From Candidatus Nealsonbacteria bacterium (GTDB lineage Bacteria; Patescibacteriota; Minisyncoccia; Minisyncoccales; PWPS01), in contig PUMQ01000021.1 of NCBI GenBank assembly GCA_003551435.1, positions 1 through 60,148 on the forward strand: DNA of 60,148 nucleotides, written 5' to 3'. The first letter of the stretch is position 1. Each line of letters starts with the position of its first letter. The notes below the pieces were generated by a model. It was not told the origin of the DNA. It worked only from the letters and a program-made list of their open reading frames with translations, and did no database searches. Both the position numbers and the translations under genes were made by a program. Positions 8,537 through 19,600 of the stretch are shown in pieces.

Positions 8537-9934
8537 ATGAAAAAAGAAATAAATTCGCTTGAAAAAATGGCTTCCTTTTGTAAAAGAAGAGGTTTTATCT
8601 TCCTTTCTTCGGAAATTTACGGAGGATTGTCCGCCGTTTATGATTACGGGCACTACGGAACGCTTCTTAAAAACAATATCAGAGATGCCTGGTGGAAACA
8701 CATGGTTCAGTACCGAGACGATATTTACGGACTAGACAGCGCTATTTTTATGCACCCCACCACCTGGGTCGCTTCGGGCCACGTGGAAGGGTTTGATGAT
8801 CCCCAGGTTGACTGCAAGGATTGCAAGCAAAGAATGAGAGCAGACCACCTTTTGGAAAGCTTTGGAATAGACGCCGACAAAGCTTCCTTGGACTTTATCA
8901 ATAAAGAGCTAGATAAGCTGAAAAAAGAAAAGAAAATAAAGTGTATTAGCTGTGGCTCTGTCAATGTGACTCCGGCAAAACAGTTTTCTTTGATGGTTAA
9001 ATCAAACCTCGGCTCTCCCACGGATGTTTTGTCCGAAGAAAACGTCATCTATCTGAGGCCGGAGACGTGCGGAGGAATATATCTGGAATATAAAAATATG
9101 GTAGACTCCGTCCATCCGAAGCTCCCCTTTGGAATCGCCCAAGTAGGCAAAGCTTTCCGAAACGAGATTGTCGCCCGGCAGTTTGTTTTTAGGACAAGAG
9201 AGTTTGAGCAGATGGAGATGCAGTACTTTTTGCATCCCAAAGAAATGAAAGAGAAATACGAAATGTGGAAAGATATCCGCTGGAAGTGGTATTTAGAGTA
9301 CGGAATTCCCGAAAAGAAACTCAACTGGTACAAGCATGAAGTACTTTCCCATTACGCTTCGGAAGCTTACGATATAGAGTTTGATTTCCAGTGCCTCGGA
9401 GGGTTTAAAGAGGTGGAAGGAATTCACACTCGCGGCGATTGGGATCTCTCCCAGCACTCAAAACACTCCGGAGAAGACCTAACCTACACAGACGAGGAAA
9501 CAAAAGAAAAATTTACTCCTCACATTATGGAAACCTCCGCTGGGTTAAATCGCATCTTCCTGATGTTTATCGATAACAGTTACACTGAAGAAGAAGTAGA
9601 AGGAGAAAAACGAGTTGTCTTAAAAATGGATAAAAGACTGTCTCCTGTTAAGACAGCTGTTTTCCCCTTGCTTAAAAACAAGCCCGAACTAGTAAAAGAG
9701 GCTCAAAAAATTCACCAAATGCTCAAAAAAAAGTGGATGAGCGAGTTTGATACAAGCGGAAGCATCGGCAAAAGATATCGCAGACAAGATGAAATAGGAA
9801 CCCCTTTTTGTATAACGGTAGATTTTGAATCTCTCTCGGATAAATCGGTAACCGTAAGAGAGCGGGATACCATGAAACAAGAAAGAATTAAGATAGAAAA
9901 CTTAGAGAAGTACCTTTCTAAAGAGTTGGCCTAA
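8537..9934 (+). CDS. glyQS: Glycine--tRNA ligase (class II, alpha2 homodimeric type)
   Basis: MKKEINSLEKMASFCKRRGFIFLSSEIYGG...YDYGHYG...RNEI..R..FRTREFEQMEMQYF is typical GlyRS. ATG at 8537 lies just past the leader terminator. Confidence 0.93.
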   Translation: MKKEINSLEKMASFCKRRGFIFLSSEIYGGLSAVYDYGHYGTLLKNNIRDAWWKHMVQYRDDIYGLDSAIFMHPTTWVASGHVEGFDDPQVDCKDCKQRMRADHLLESFGIDADKASLDFINKELDKLKKEKKIKCISCGSVNVTPAKQFSLMVKSNLGSPTDVLSEENVIYLRPETCGGIYLEYKNMVDSVHPKLPFGIAQVGKAFRNEIVARQFVFRTREFEQMEMQYFLHPKEMKEKYEMWKDIRWKWYLEYGIPEKKLNWYKHEVLSHYASEAYDIEFDFQCLGGFKEVEGIHTRGDWDLSQHSKHSGEDLTYTDEETKEKFTPHIMETSAGLNRIFLMFIDNSYTEEEVEGEKRVVLKMDKRLSPVKTAVFPLLKNKPELVKEAQKIHQMLKKKWMSEFDTSGSIGKRYRRQDEIGTPFCITVDFESLSDKSVTVRERDTMKQERIKIENLEKYLSKELA

Positions 9935-9936
9935 TT

Positions 9937-12663
9937 TTATTCTTCTTTCCTGATTAATCGATAGTGCACATACTTGTAGGCTTCTCCAAAAAAGAATACC
10001 AAAGAAGAAAGGGCTATGAGGATAAGCACCTCGCCATATCCAATAGCCTTAAAGTTAAAAATTTCTTGAAAGAAAGGCATTCTAATTACCGCCACCTGTA
10101 AGATAAGAGCAATCAAGACGGCAAAGATGAGATACATGTTTTTGAAAAACCCTATCTTAAAAACCGATCTTTTCATGTCTCTCATATTAAAAGCCCGAAA
10201 AAGTTGTGTAAAAGCCATTACGCTGAATGCGGCCGTTCTCGCCTTTTCAACGCCCTCTTCCTGATAGTGGTTAAAAACAAAAAAGGTTATTGTAGCCATA
10301 ACAACCGCTGTCAGAACCAAAATAGGAAGAGCTTCTCGGGTTAAAATTCCCTCATTTTTATCTCTCGGTTTTTCTTTAAGGATGTTACTATGCCCCGGCT
10401 CAACGGCAAGGGGCGCTCCGGAAAAGCCGTCAGTAATCAGATTAAGCCATAGGATTTGCGTTGGCAAAAACGGGAGTTTCCCGAGTAAAAGAAGAGAAGT
10501 AATGATTGTGACATACTCCGCAAAATTGGTGCTTATCAAGTTCGTACTTGCCTGCTTTGTATTCCGAAAAACAATTCTTCCCTCTTCTATAGCATTAACA
10601 ATAGAAGCAAAATTGTCGTCGGCAAGAACTATTTCTCCCGCTTCTTTGGTTACATCGGTCCCCATAATCCCCATGGCAATCCCTATATCGGCCTGTTTTA
10701 CCGCAGGAGCATCGTTTACTCCGTCCCCGGTCATTGCCACTACCGCTCCTTTTTCTTGAAGAGCTTTGGCAATATTCAATTTCATATGAGGAGTAAGGCG
10801 GGCAAATACGTTTACTCTGGAAACCGCCTCCTCAAATTCTTTTTCTGACATTCCGGAAAGCTCTTTCTGGGTAAGCGCTTTTTCTCCTTCCCCGGCAAGC
10901 CCTATTTCTTTGGCTATAGCAACCGCCGTACCTTTATGATCGCCGGTTGTCATTATTACCCTTATCCCCGCTTCTTTTGCCCTGGACAGCGCCTCTTTTA
11001 CTTCCGGTCTGGGAGGATCCACTATCCCCACTACTCCCGCCAAAACAAGGCCTTTTACATCTTCTTTTTTTATTTCTCTTTTTTCTTCTTCCGTATTTTT
11101 GAAGGCAAGCCCGATAGTACGCATTGCGTCTTGTGTCATTTCCTCTACCCTTCTTAACATTTCCTCCTTTTCTTCTTTCCCGATCTTTCTTACTTCCTCT
11201 TCTGTCTGTACATACTCTACCGCCTCCATTATCTCTTCCGGAGCTCCCACTACATAAAGCTGGTTTTCTTTTTCACCTAAAAGAACAGAAAGTGAAGCCC
11301 TGTATTTAAGTTTCGAGCTAAAGGGCATGTCATCTATCTTTTTTTCTTTTTCGTAAATTATCTCTTCGCTAAGCCCCGCCTTTTGCGCTAAAACAACAAG
11401 GGAGGCCTCCGTAGGATCCCCCACTATCTCATACTTGTCCTCTTCTTCTTTCTTGGTGAGCTCCGCTTCGTTGCAAACACCCGCAATGTGTAAAAGTTTC
11501 TCCAGGTTTGGCTTTTTAAGCGGAAATATTTTGCTTCCCTTTTCCAAAAAATCTCCTTCCGGAATCCATCCCTCGCCGGTGACTTCCACTTCTTTTCCGT
11601 CGGCAAGAATAATTTTTCTCACATTCATTGTGTTTTGGGTGAGAGTTCCCGTTTTGTCGGTTACTATATGATCGGTAACTCCCAAGGTCTCCGTTGCCGG
11701 AAGACTCCTTATAATCGCCTTTCTTTTAGCCATCCTTGTCGCTCCTACCGCCAGAACAATGACTAAAATAGCCGGGAGGCCCTCCGGGATACCAGAAACA
11801 AGCGCAGCTACTGCAAAAAGAAGAGACTCCCTGAATCCTTCGGAAAGAAGAAGTACATCTTCTACTCCCGCCCCCTGAACGTAAAGAGAAAGAAGGAAGA
11901 TAATAAAAGCACCGGTAAAGGCAAAAACAGCCATCTGTTTTGCAAGTACTCCTATCTTCTCTTCAAAGTGTCCGCCCTTTTTTTCCACTTCGCTGATATC
12001 TTTTGCTATACTTCCGAAAGCGGTTCTGCTCCCGGTGGCAACCACCACTCCCTTCGCCTTGCCCCCGGCGGCAAAGGTACCCATCCAAGCCATATTTTTC
12101 ATATCTCCAAGATCCGTTTCTTCATCTAATGGTTCCGTGTGCTTTCCCACAGGGGCGGACTCTCCGGTAAGAGAGGCTTCGTTTGTCCGAAAATCTTTAA
12201 CATAAAATAATCTCACATCTGCCGGTATACGAGTTCCCTCTCCCAGAGCAACCACGTCGCCCGGAACAATATGTTCCGCGGAAATTTCCAAAAGCTTCCC
12301 GTTTCTGTAAACCTTGGCCAAAGGAACTATCATTTCTTTTAGCGCTTGAATCGCCTTTTCGGCCTTGTATTCTTGAATAAATCCCATCACTGCATTTAGG
12401 AGAATTATCGCCAAGATAACGTAAACATCAATCATCTTGTCAAAAAGGAAAGAAATTCCGGCGGCAGCAAATAGAACATAAACTAGCCCGCTTCGGAACT
12501 GTTTTAGAAAAATCATTACCGGATGAACCGCTTTTTCATCTTCAATTTTGTTTGGCCCGTATTTTTCCAGCCTTTCTGCCGCTTCTTTTTCAGAAACCCC
12601 GTCATGATCGGAAGAAAGTTCTTTAAAAATTTCTTCCGTTTTTTCTGCGTGCCACTTTACCAT
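9937..12663 (-). CDS. Cation-transporting P-type ATPase, type II (Ca2+-ATPase-like)
   Basis: Motifs DKTGTLT, PEGLP, TGDGVNDAPA and MTTGDH are present. The start is uncertain: ATG at 12663 (MVKWHAEK...) or an upstream GTG at 12726 that would overlap trmD. Confidence 0.9.
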   Translation of the reverse strand: MVKWHAEKTEEIFKELSSDHDGVSEKEAAERLEKYGPNKIEDEKAVHPVMIFLKQFRSGLVYVLFAAAGISFLFDKMIDVYVILAIILLNAVMGFIQEYKAEKAIQALKEMIVPLAKVYRNGKLLEISAEHIVPGDVVALGEGTRIPADVRLFYVKDFRTNEASLTGESAPVGKHTEPLDEETDLGDMKNMAWMGTFAAGGKAKGVVVATGSRTAFGSIAKDISEVEKKGGHFEEKIGVLAKQMAVFAFTGAFIIFLLSLYVQGAGVEDVLLLSEGFRESLLFAVAALVSGIPEGLPAILVIVLAVGATRMAKRKAIIRSLPATETLGVTDHIVTDKTGTLTQNTMNVRKIILADGKEVEVTGEGWIPEGDFLEKGSKIFPLKKPNLEKLLHIAGVCNEAELTKKEEEDKYEIVGDPTEASLVVLAQKAGLSEEIIYEKEKKIDDMPFSSKLKYRASLSVLLGEKENQLYVVGAPEEIMEAVEYVQTEEEVRKIGKEEKEEMLRRVEEMTQDAMRTIGLAFKNTEEEKREIKKEDVKGLVLAGVVGIVDPPRPEVKEALSRAKEAGIRVIMTTGDHKGTAVAIAKEIGLAGEGEKALTQKELSGMSEKEFEEAVSRVNVFARLTPHMKLNIAKALQEKGAVVAMTGDGVNDAPAVKQADIGIAMGIMGTDVTKEAGEIVLADDNFASIVNAIEEGRIVFRNTKQASTNLISTNFAEYVTIITSLLLLGKLPFLPTQILWLNLITDGFSGAPLAVEPGHSNILKEKPRDKNEGILTREALPILVLTAVVMATITFFVFNHYQEEGVEKARTAAFSVMAFTQLFRAFNMRDMKRSVFKIGFFKNMYLIFAVLIALILQVAVIRMPFFQEIFNFKAIGYGEVLILIALSSLVFFFGEAYKYVHYRLIRKEE

Positions 12664-12692
12664 GCTTTTGTTGTTATTTTTAATTGCAGACG

Positions 12693-13352
12693 CTATTTTA
12701 TGCTCTTTCCTTTTCTCTTCCTCCACTCTTTTATTTTTTGATGGTTCCCCGAAAGAAGAACCCGGGGGACTCTTCTTTTTTCTCCGTTTATTTCCAACAC
12801 CTCGGGTCTTGTGTATTGGGGATATTCAATAAAGCTCTCCCCTTTTTTTCTCTCTTTTAAGAAACTCTCTTTTCCCACTACCTGGGGAATTAAGCGTGAA
12901 ACGGCTTCCATAACAGCCATGGCGGGAAGCTCGCCTCCCATAAGAACATAGTTTCCGATAGAAATATTTTCATCGGCTATAAACTTTGCCACTCTTTCGT
13001 CAACTCCTTCGTACCTTCCGCAAATCATAATAATCTGCCGGTAGTCCGCAAATTCGCTTGCTTTTTTTTGATTGAATCTTTTTCCCCGCGGAGTAAAAAG
13101 TATCACCCTTGATTTTTTGCCACCCAGCTTTACTTCCGAAATCGCCTTGTAAATCGGCTCTGCCTTCATCACCATTCCTCCACCCCCGCCAAAAGGCGTA
13201 TCATCGGCAGACTTGTGGGGATCGTCGGTCCAGTTTCTCAAGTCGTGCACCTTTACTTCTATAAGCTTCTTATCACAAGCTTTTCCAATTAGGCTCTCTT
13301 TCAGGTAAGAATCAAAAAGAGATGGGAAAATAGTAATAATGTCAAATCGCAT
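12693..13352 (-). CDS. trmD: tRNA (guanine37-N1)-methyltransferase
   Basis: MRFDIITIFPSLF...GGGGGMVMK...ICGRYEGVDERV...SIGNYVLMGGELPA is the TrmD signature. Confidence 0.95.
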   Translation of the reverse strand: MRFDIITIFPSLFDSYLKESLIGKACDKKLIEVKVHDLRNWTDDPHKSADDTPFGGGGGMVMKAEPIYKAISEVKLGGKKSRVILFTPRGKRFNQKKASEFADYRQIIMICGRYEGVDERVAKFIADENISIGNYVLMGGELPAMAVMEAVSRLIPQVVGKESFLKERKKGESFIEYPQYTRPEVLEINGEKRRVPRVLLSGNHQKIKEWRKRKGKSIK

Positions 13353-13373
13353 AAAATTTTATCGTAAATAAAA

Positions 13374-13402
13374 ACGGCGCTATTTGAAAATAATAGCACC
13401 GT
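13374..13402 (-). terminator. Rho-independent terminator after the KH-domain gene
   Basis: On the minus strand, acggtgctatt/aatagcgccgt forms an 11-bp stem (one G-U on this strand only) followed by ttttta. Confidence 0.5.
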
Positions 13403-13422
13403 TTAAAAATTTGTGAAAGTTT

Positions 13423-13746
13423 TTAGAGCTTGATATCTTCCAGCCCCTCTTTCTTCCCTTCGGAAGAATTTCCTTTCGGCTGATAGGTACCTCCTCCCGG
13501 TTCGATAATCTTCAGATTGACCCGTGCTTTGTTTTTCAGGCCAATGATACGAACGAGGTTTCTGATGGCTCTCGCGGTTGATCCCTCTTTTCCGATTATC
13601 TGTCCCATATCCTCGGGATGAACCTTCAGAGCAAGAAGTACCCCCATCTCGTCTACCTTCCTTTCGACTTCCACGTCGTCCGGATGATCTACGAGATTTT
13701 TAACAATAAACTCTAAGAATTCCTTGTCAGAAGCTTCTTTAGCCAT
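13423..13746 (-). CDS. KH-domain RNA-binding protein (YlqC/UPF0109-like) with C-terminal extension
   Basis: GQIIGKEGSTARAIRNLV is a KH GxxG-type motif. The position between rpsP and trmD matches the conserved operon. Confidence 0.8.
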   Translation of the reverse strand: MAKEASDKEFLEFIVKNLVDHPDDVEVERKVDEMGVLLALKVHPEDMGQIIGKEGSTARAIRNLVRIIGLKNKARVNLKIIEPGGGTYQPKGNSSEGKKEGLEDIKL

Positions 13747-13865
13747 AAATATTTATCGTACAACAATTAAGTAATCGACCTTTCCTGTCCTGTGCCTGCC
13801 TCTTACAGAGTAAAAGGAGGCTACTACCGTCATTTTATAATTTTTGTTAGAAAAAGTCAAAATTT

Positions 13866-14441
13866 TTATTTCTCTTTCTTTTCTTCTGTTTCTTTTGTCT
13901 CTTTACTATCTGCCTCTTCTTCCTCTTTCTTTTCTTCCTTCTTTTCCTCTTCACCGGCTTCCTCCTTTGGCTCTGCCTCTTTCTTTTCTTCCTTCTTTTC
14001 CTCTTCACCGGCTTCCTCCTTTGGCTCTGCCTCTTTCTTTTCTTCCTTCTTTTCCTCTTCACCGGTATCTCTTTTCTCCTTCTCTTCTTTTACTTCTTCC
14101 TTGACTGTTTCCTCTTTTATCTCCTTCTTTTCCTCCCCTTTTTCTGCGGCGCTTATCTTCTCTCTCCTCTTTTTTGAAAGGAAAAAGACGTTCCTTTTTT
14201 CTCCCTTTATCACTCCTTTTTTCACCAGGAGATTGAAAACGACATCCGAAAACTGCGCCCCTTTCTCTGTCCAGTAGTTAATTCTCTCTTTATCAGCCCG
14301 GAACTCTTTGGTTAGAGGGTTGTAAAAGCCAACTTCATCAACAAACCTTCCGCTTGAGGGAGGGTTATTCTTATCGGTAACCACTATTTTATAAAAAGGG
14401 TGTCCCTTTCTTCCCACTCTTAAAAATCTAATTCTTAGCAT
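13866..14441 (-). CDS. rpsP: 30S ribosomal protein S16 with a ~100-aa Lys/Glu-rich repetitive C-terminal extension
   Basis: MLRIRFLRVGRKGHPFYKIVVTDKNNPPSSGRFVDEVGFYNP is the S16 core. The tail holds three 18-aa repeats, GEEEKKEEKKEAEPKEEA. Confidence 0.92.
   Translation of the reverse strand: MLRIRFLRVGRKGHPFYKIVVTDKNNPPSSGRFVDEVGFYNPLTKEFRADKERINYWTEKGAQFSDVVFNLLVKKGVIKGEKRNVFFLSKKRREKISAAEKGEEKKEIKEETVKEEVKEEKEKRDTGEEEKKEEKKEAEPKEEAGEEEKKEEKKEAEPKEEAGEEEKKEEKKEEEEADSKETKETEEKKEK
13902..14063. repeat. In-frame 54-bp tandem repeat (3 units) inside the rpsP tail
   Basis: The string tcaccgg recurs at 13951, 14005 and 14059 (period 54). Units 1-2 are near identical; unit 3 diverges in its second half. 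Confidence 0.85.
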
Positions 14442-14445
14442 GTTT

Positions 14446-15153
14446 TTATTTTTTTAAATTTTTCCAACTTTTTTTATTCAATGCCTCTTTTGCCGCTTTT
14501 TCTTCCGCCTCTTTTTTAGACTGGCCCTCTCCTTGGCCGGAAAGAGTGTCTCCTAAAAATACTCCGATAACAAAATTTCTTTTGTGATCCGGCCCCCACT
14601 CTTTTAAAACCTTATAGGCCGGAGTAATGCCTACCTCCTCTTGTGTTATTTCCTGAAACTCCGACTTCGGATCCCGGTACAAACCGAGCTCTATAATTCG
14701 CGGCAGTTTGCAAATTAAGTTTTTTTCTACAAAGTCTTTAGCGGTATCGTACCCTCTGTCCAGATAAATCGCTCCTACAAGGGATTCAAAGGTGTTGGCC
14801 AAAATACACAAGCGCGCCTTTCCTCCTTCTTTGCCTTCCCCTTTAGAGAGGAGCAGAAAGTCATGAAAGTTGAGTTTTTCCGCCGTATCCCCTATCTCCT
14901 TGGTATTTACAAGCGCCGCCCTCCAGGAAGTAAGCTCTCCTTCGGATTTTTCCGGGTAAGTGAAATAAAGATAGCTGGTAACTATCAGTTCTAATACCGC
15001 ATCTCCCAAAAACTCAAGTCGTTCGTTATGTCCGAGTTCAAAATTCGGATTTTCGTTTAAATAAGAGCGGTGGCAAAAAGCTTGGATAAGAAGATTCTTA
15101 TCCTTAAACTCCACTCCTATTTTTTTCTCCAGCTCCGCGAATTTCTCTTCCAT
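14446..15153 (-). CDS. rnc: Ribonuclease III
   Basis: NERLEFLGDAVL signature plus a C-terminal dsRBD (GQGEGQSKKEAEEKAAKEAL). ATG at 15153 is preferred over TTG at 15165. Confidence 0.93.
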   Translation of the reverse strand: MEEKFAELEKKIGVEFKDKNLLIQAFCHRSYLNENPNFELGHNERLEFLGDAVLELIVTSYLYFTYPEKSEGELTSWRAALVNTKEIGDTAEKLNFHDFLLLSKGEGKEGGKARLCILANTFESLVGAIYLDRGYDTAKDFVEKNLICKLPRIIELGLYRDPKSEFQEITQEEVGITPAYKVLKEWGPDHKRNFVIGVFLGDTLSGQGEGQSKKEAEEKAAKEALNKKSWKNLKK

Positions 15154-15212
15154 AAAAACAGTCAAAGATCAAAAACCAAAGACCAAAAAAAGCAAATAAT
15201 TCTTTTGGTTTT

Positions 15213-15665
15213 TTATTCTTGATCTTGTTTAATGTCCTCGCTTTGTATCTCCTTGTACACTGTTCCGAGTACCCCGTTAACAAATTTCCCCGAGCTGCTT
15301 CCTCCAAAACTTTTAGCAAGCTCAATCGCCTCGTTGATAGCCACTTTCGGGGGAACGTCGTTCTTGTCTCCGTATATAAGTTCGTACAGCCCTATTCTTA
15401 AGACGTTTCGATCAATAGTGGTAATTTTTTCAAGGGGCCATTCGGGAGCGGCAGCAGTGATAATTTTATCGATTTCCGCCACATTGGAAATTACCCCGTC
15501 AATTAAAGAATAAACGAACTCGGCGTCCTTAATTTTTTTGTCTTTAAGAGGCCCCTCTGTATTCCGCTCTACTATTTTCCGGTAATCCTCGCTTTTTCCC
15601 CCATGAAAATCCCATTCATAGAGCGATTGGAGAACCACCGACCGGGCTAAGTGTCTTGAAGACAT
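15213..15665 (-). CDS. nusB: Transcription antitermination factor NusB
   Basis: [17 protein letters not shown]...[24 protein letters not shown] is NusB-like. Confidence 0.88.
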   Translation of the reverse strand: MSSRHLARSVVLQSLYEWDFHGGKSEDYRKIVERNTEGPLKDKKIKDAEFVYSLIDGVISNVAEIDKIITAAAPEWPLEKITTIDRNVLRIGLYELIYGDKNDVPPKVAINEAIELAKSFGGSSSGKFVNGVLGTVYKEIQSEDIKQDQE

Positions 15666-15681
15666 GTTTGCTCTTTTACAC

Positions 15682-15957
15682 CTACTCTTTCTTGGATAAA
15701 GACTCCATTGTTAAGTTTTTCCCTTTGCCTTTCTCTTGCTCCTCTTTCTTCTTTTCCTTTTCAGAAAAAGTCTTTTTTTCTTTCAGAACGTCAATCACTT
15801 CCCTTCCCTTATAATAACCGCACGCTTGGCAAGCCGTATGCATCAACTTTTTCTCTTTGCACTGCGGGCACACGGTTAAAGAAGGATTTTTAAGGTGAAT
15901 ATGCATCCTCCTTTGATTTCTTTTGGATTTTGTATTTCTTTGTTTCGGTACAGCCAT
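15682..15957 (-). CDS. rpmF: 50S ribosomal protein L32 (CxxC form) with Lys/Glu-rich tail
   Basis: [19 protein letters not shown]...[25 protein letters not shown]. Confidence 0.9.
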   Translation of the reverse strand: MAVPKQRNTKSKRNQRRMHIHLKNPSLTVCPQCKEKKLMHTACQACGYYKGREVIDVLKEKKTFSEKEKKKEEQEKGKGKNLTMESLSKKE

Positions 15958-16023
15958 GTTTAAAAATAAGTCAGCGACGTGTACTATATCAAAAAATCAA
16001 AAATTAATCAAGCGATAAATACG

Positions 16024-16599
16024 TTAAAGAAGTTTGAAAGACCGCCTGTGTATCGGGCAAATTCCATGTTTTTTTATCATTTTGCGGTGATTTTTTGTCC
16101 CGTAGCCCTTGTGCTTGTCAAAACCGTAAAACGGGTACTTCCGATGATATTTTGCCATAATCCTGTCTCTCTCCACCTTGGCAATAATAGAAGCCATAGA
16201 GCATTCAAGAATGGTTTCATCGCCCTTCGGTAAAAATCTTTGCTTACAATCGACATCCAGTTTAAAGTTCCCGTCAATAATTAGTGATTTTTCACCACTT
16301 ATTTTCTTCAAGGCTTTTTTCATTGCTCGCTTTGTCGCTTCCAGCACATTTATTTTGTCAATTACCTTCTCTGAAACAACTCCCGCTCCCCAATCAACAT
16401 CCGGATGAGCGGTTATTATCCTATACAACTCCTCTCTTCTTTTGGCGGTAATTTTTTTTGAGTCACCAATTTTCAATCCGGGATTACGTATCCCCGACCT
16501 TTTTTTCTTTATTCTTACCGCCGCCGCTACTACCGGTCCTGCCAAAGGGCCTCTCCCCGCTTCGTCAAGTCCAGTTATCCTATTTGTCTTTTTTGCCAT
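16024..16599 (-). CDS. rnhB: Ribonuclease HII
   Basis: GLDEAGRGPLAGPVVAAAV...DSKK...ASIIAKVERD are RNase HII motifs. Confidence 0.92.
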   Translation of the reverse strand: MAKKTNRITGLDEAGRGPLAGPVVAAAVRIKKKRSGIRNPGLKIGDSKKITAKRREELYRIITAHPDVDWGAGVVSEKVIDKINVLEATKRAMKKALKKISGEKSLIIDGNFKLDVDCKQRFLPKGDETILECSMASIIAKVERDRIMAKYHRKYPFYGFDKHKGYGTKNHRKMIKKHGICPIHRRSFKLL

Positions 16600-16649
16600 A
16601 TCTTATAGAATGGAATAGAATTATACCACAATTCGTAATTTATTTTGAT

Positions 16650-19600
16650 ATGTCTTTTACTCATCTTCACGTCCACTCCGAATACAGTCTTCTTGACGGG
16701 CTGCCGAAAATAAACCAACTCTTAAATCACGTAAAAAAGAATAATATGGATTCCGTGGCGCTCACCGATCACGGAGCCCTTTACGGGGCGATAGAGTTCT
16801 ACACAAAAGCTAAAGAAATGGGGATAAAGCCCATTATCGGTGCGGAAGTGTATGTGGCTTTGGATAAAATGAGTGACCGGAGACCGAACGTGGATAATAA
16901 ATCCTACCACCTGGTACTTCTTTCAAAAAATGAAAAAGGATATCAGAACTTAGTTAAGCTTGTCACCAAAGGCCACCTTGAAGGATTTTACTACAAACCA
17001 AGAATAGATGAAAAGCTCCTTGAAAAACACACCGAGGGGTTAATCGCCCTTACCGCCTGTATTCGCGGAAAAGTTCCTCAGCTTGTTCTTTCGGGAAAAA
17101 GAGAAAAGGCAAAAGATCTGGCTGTCCGTTACGAGAACCTTTTCGGAAAAGGTAATTTTTATTTAGAAATACAGTACCATCCCAATATTGAGGAACAGAG
17201 TACCGTCAACAAGGAGCTTGTAAAAATCTCCAAAGAAACAGGGATTCCTCTGGTGGCTACCTGCGACTCCCACTATCTTCTTCCGGAAGATGCCGAAACG
17301 CAGGATATACTAATGTCCATCGGCACAGGAACGGAAGTAAGCGATCCGGAACGCCTAACAATGCAAGAAGACGATTTTTCCATGCGTTCTCCGGAAGAAA
17401 TGAAAAAATTATTCAAAGATACTCCCGAAGCGATAGATAATACAAAAAAGATTAAGGAGCTTTGCAATCTGGAAATTCCCCTCGGAAATATAATTCTTCC
17501 CCGTTTTCCTCTTGAGGAAGAAAAAACAGCGGATGAAAAATTGGAAGAGCTTTGCCGGGAAGGGATTAAAAAGAGGTATCCCGAAACGGATTCCGGCGAC
17601 AACAACACAAAAAAACAAAAGAAGAAAGAAATTGAGGACCGCCTAAAAATGGAGCTTGAGGTTATTACCGGAGCCAAGCTTTCTTCCTATTTCCTTATCG
17701 TCCAGGATTTCGTAAGCTGGGCAAAAGAAAACAAAATCGTGGTCGGTCCCGGCCGAGGTTCTGCGGGAGGATCTATCATCTCCTACCTTTTGGGAATAAC
17801 CAGCATCGATCCCCTGCACTACGGACTGATTTTTGAAAGATTTCTAAATCCCGGAAGGGCCAAAGTTTCCCTTCCCGATATTGATCTTGATTTTGCCGAC
17901 AGAAGAAGAGACGAAGTAATCCATTACATCGCCGGCAAATACGGAGAAAACAGGGTGGCACAGATAATAACGTTCGGTACCATGGCCGCTCGGGCGGCGA
18001 TACGGGATGTTGGAAGAGCCCTCGGATATTCTTACTCTTACTGCGATAAAATAGCCAAAATGATACCTTTCGGGATGAATTTGAAAGAAACCAAGGATAG
18101 TGTGGCCGACTTCCGGCAAACCTACGACACAGACAAAGAAGCAGGCCGGCTTATCGATCACGCGGAAAAACTGGAGGGAGTGGTAAGGCACGCCTCCACT
18201 CATGCTTGCGGAGTGGTGATTTCAGATAAGCCCTTGCAAAACCTTGTTCCTCTGCAACACCCGACCCAAAACGAGAGCACGGTAGTAACCCAGTATTCAA
18301 TGGACCACATAGAAACCCTCGGTCTTCTAAAAATGGACCTTCTGGGCCTTAAAAACTTGACGGTTATTGAAGATACTCTCAAAAGAATATACGCCATCCA
18401 CAAAAAAAGCATTGATATTGAAAGCATTCCACTGGATGACAAAAAAACCTTCCATCTTCTCCAAGAGGGGAAAACCGTCGGTATATTCCAGCTAGAGAGC
18501 GGCGGATTTCAGAGGTATCTTAAACAGTTAAAACCCACCAATATCGAAGAAATAATCGCCATGGTTTCTCTTTACCGTCCCGGTCCGATGAAATTCATTC
18601 CGGACTACATAGAGCGCAAACACGGAAAAAAAGAAATTACCTATTTGCATCCCCGGCTGGAACCCATCTTAAAGCCTACTTACGGAATTTGTGTTTTTCA
18701 AGAACAGGTGATGAAAATTGCCAACGATCTTGCCGGTTTTACTCTTGAAGAAGCGGATGTCTTGCGAAAAGCAATTGGAAAAAAGATAGAAAAATTGCTC
18801 AAAGGGCAAAAAGAAAAATTTATCACCGGAATAGAAAAAAACGGGATAGACAAAAAGGTGGGTGAAAAACTCTGGAGCTGGATAGAACCCTTCACGCAAT
18901 ACTCCTTCAACAAGAGCCATGCCGCCGCCTACGCCCAAATCGCCTACCAAACGGCATATCTCAAGGCGCATTACAAGAAGGAGTTTATGTCCGCCTTGCT
19001 TACCGCGGAACAGGGCGATACCGAGAGAGTCGGCCTGCTTATCGCCGACTGTAAGAAAATGGACATATCAGTTCTTCCTCCGGATATAAACGAAAGCTAC
19101 ATGGGGTTTAGTGTTGTTCCGGAAAAACCACAAATAAGGTTCGGCCTTTGGGCTATTAAAAACGTAGGAGTAAAGGTAGTGGAAGAAATTGTAAAAGAAA
19201 GAAAAAAGAACGGCCCTTTTAAATCACTGGATGATTTTTTAACGCGAATCGAGTCTCAAAGCCTAAACAAAAAATCACTGGAAAGCCTTATTAGGGCGGG
19301 AACTTTTGACAGATTTAAAGAAAGAGGAGAACTTCTCTACAATCTGGAAAAAATATTAGAGTACGGCAGAGAAAAAAGAAAAAACAAAAGCAACGGGCAA
19401 ACCGGACTGTTTGACGGAATATCATCCCGGGATGATTTGAAATTAGAAAAAGCCCCTCCTTTAAGTAAAAAAGAAAAGCTTGAATGGGAGAAAAAGCTCC
19501 TCGGCCTTTTTATTACCGGACATCCCCTGGAGTATTTGGAAAAGGAGATAAAAAACAAAGGAATAACCGTAGAAAAGGCTAAAAAACAAGCATCCGACAC

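Noticed and set aside
16458-16649. N-terminal 64-aa extension of the dnaE ORF, and similarly the 1548-1613 extension of rpmG
   Set aside because: These extensions overlap rnhB on the opposite strand and tRNA-Thr respectively and have non-protein-like sequence. The conserved N-termini (MSFTHLHVHSEYS; MTTKTKRP) begin at internal ATGs.
16600-16649. The divergent rnhB/dnaE junction as a replication origin
   Set aside because: The spacer is only about 50 bp, with no DnaA-box clusters (TTATCCACA-like) or AT-rich unwinding repeats and no dnaA or dnaN nearby.
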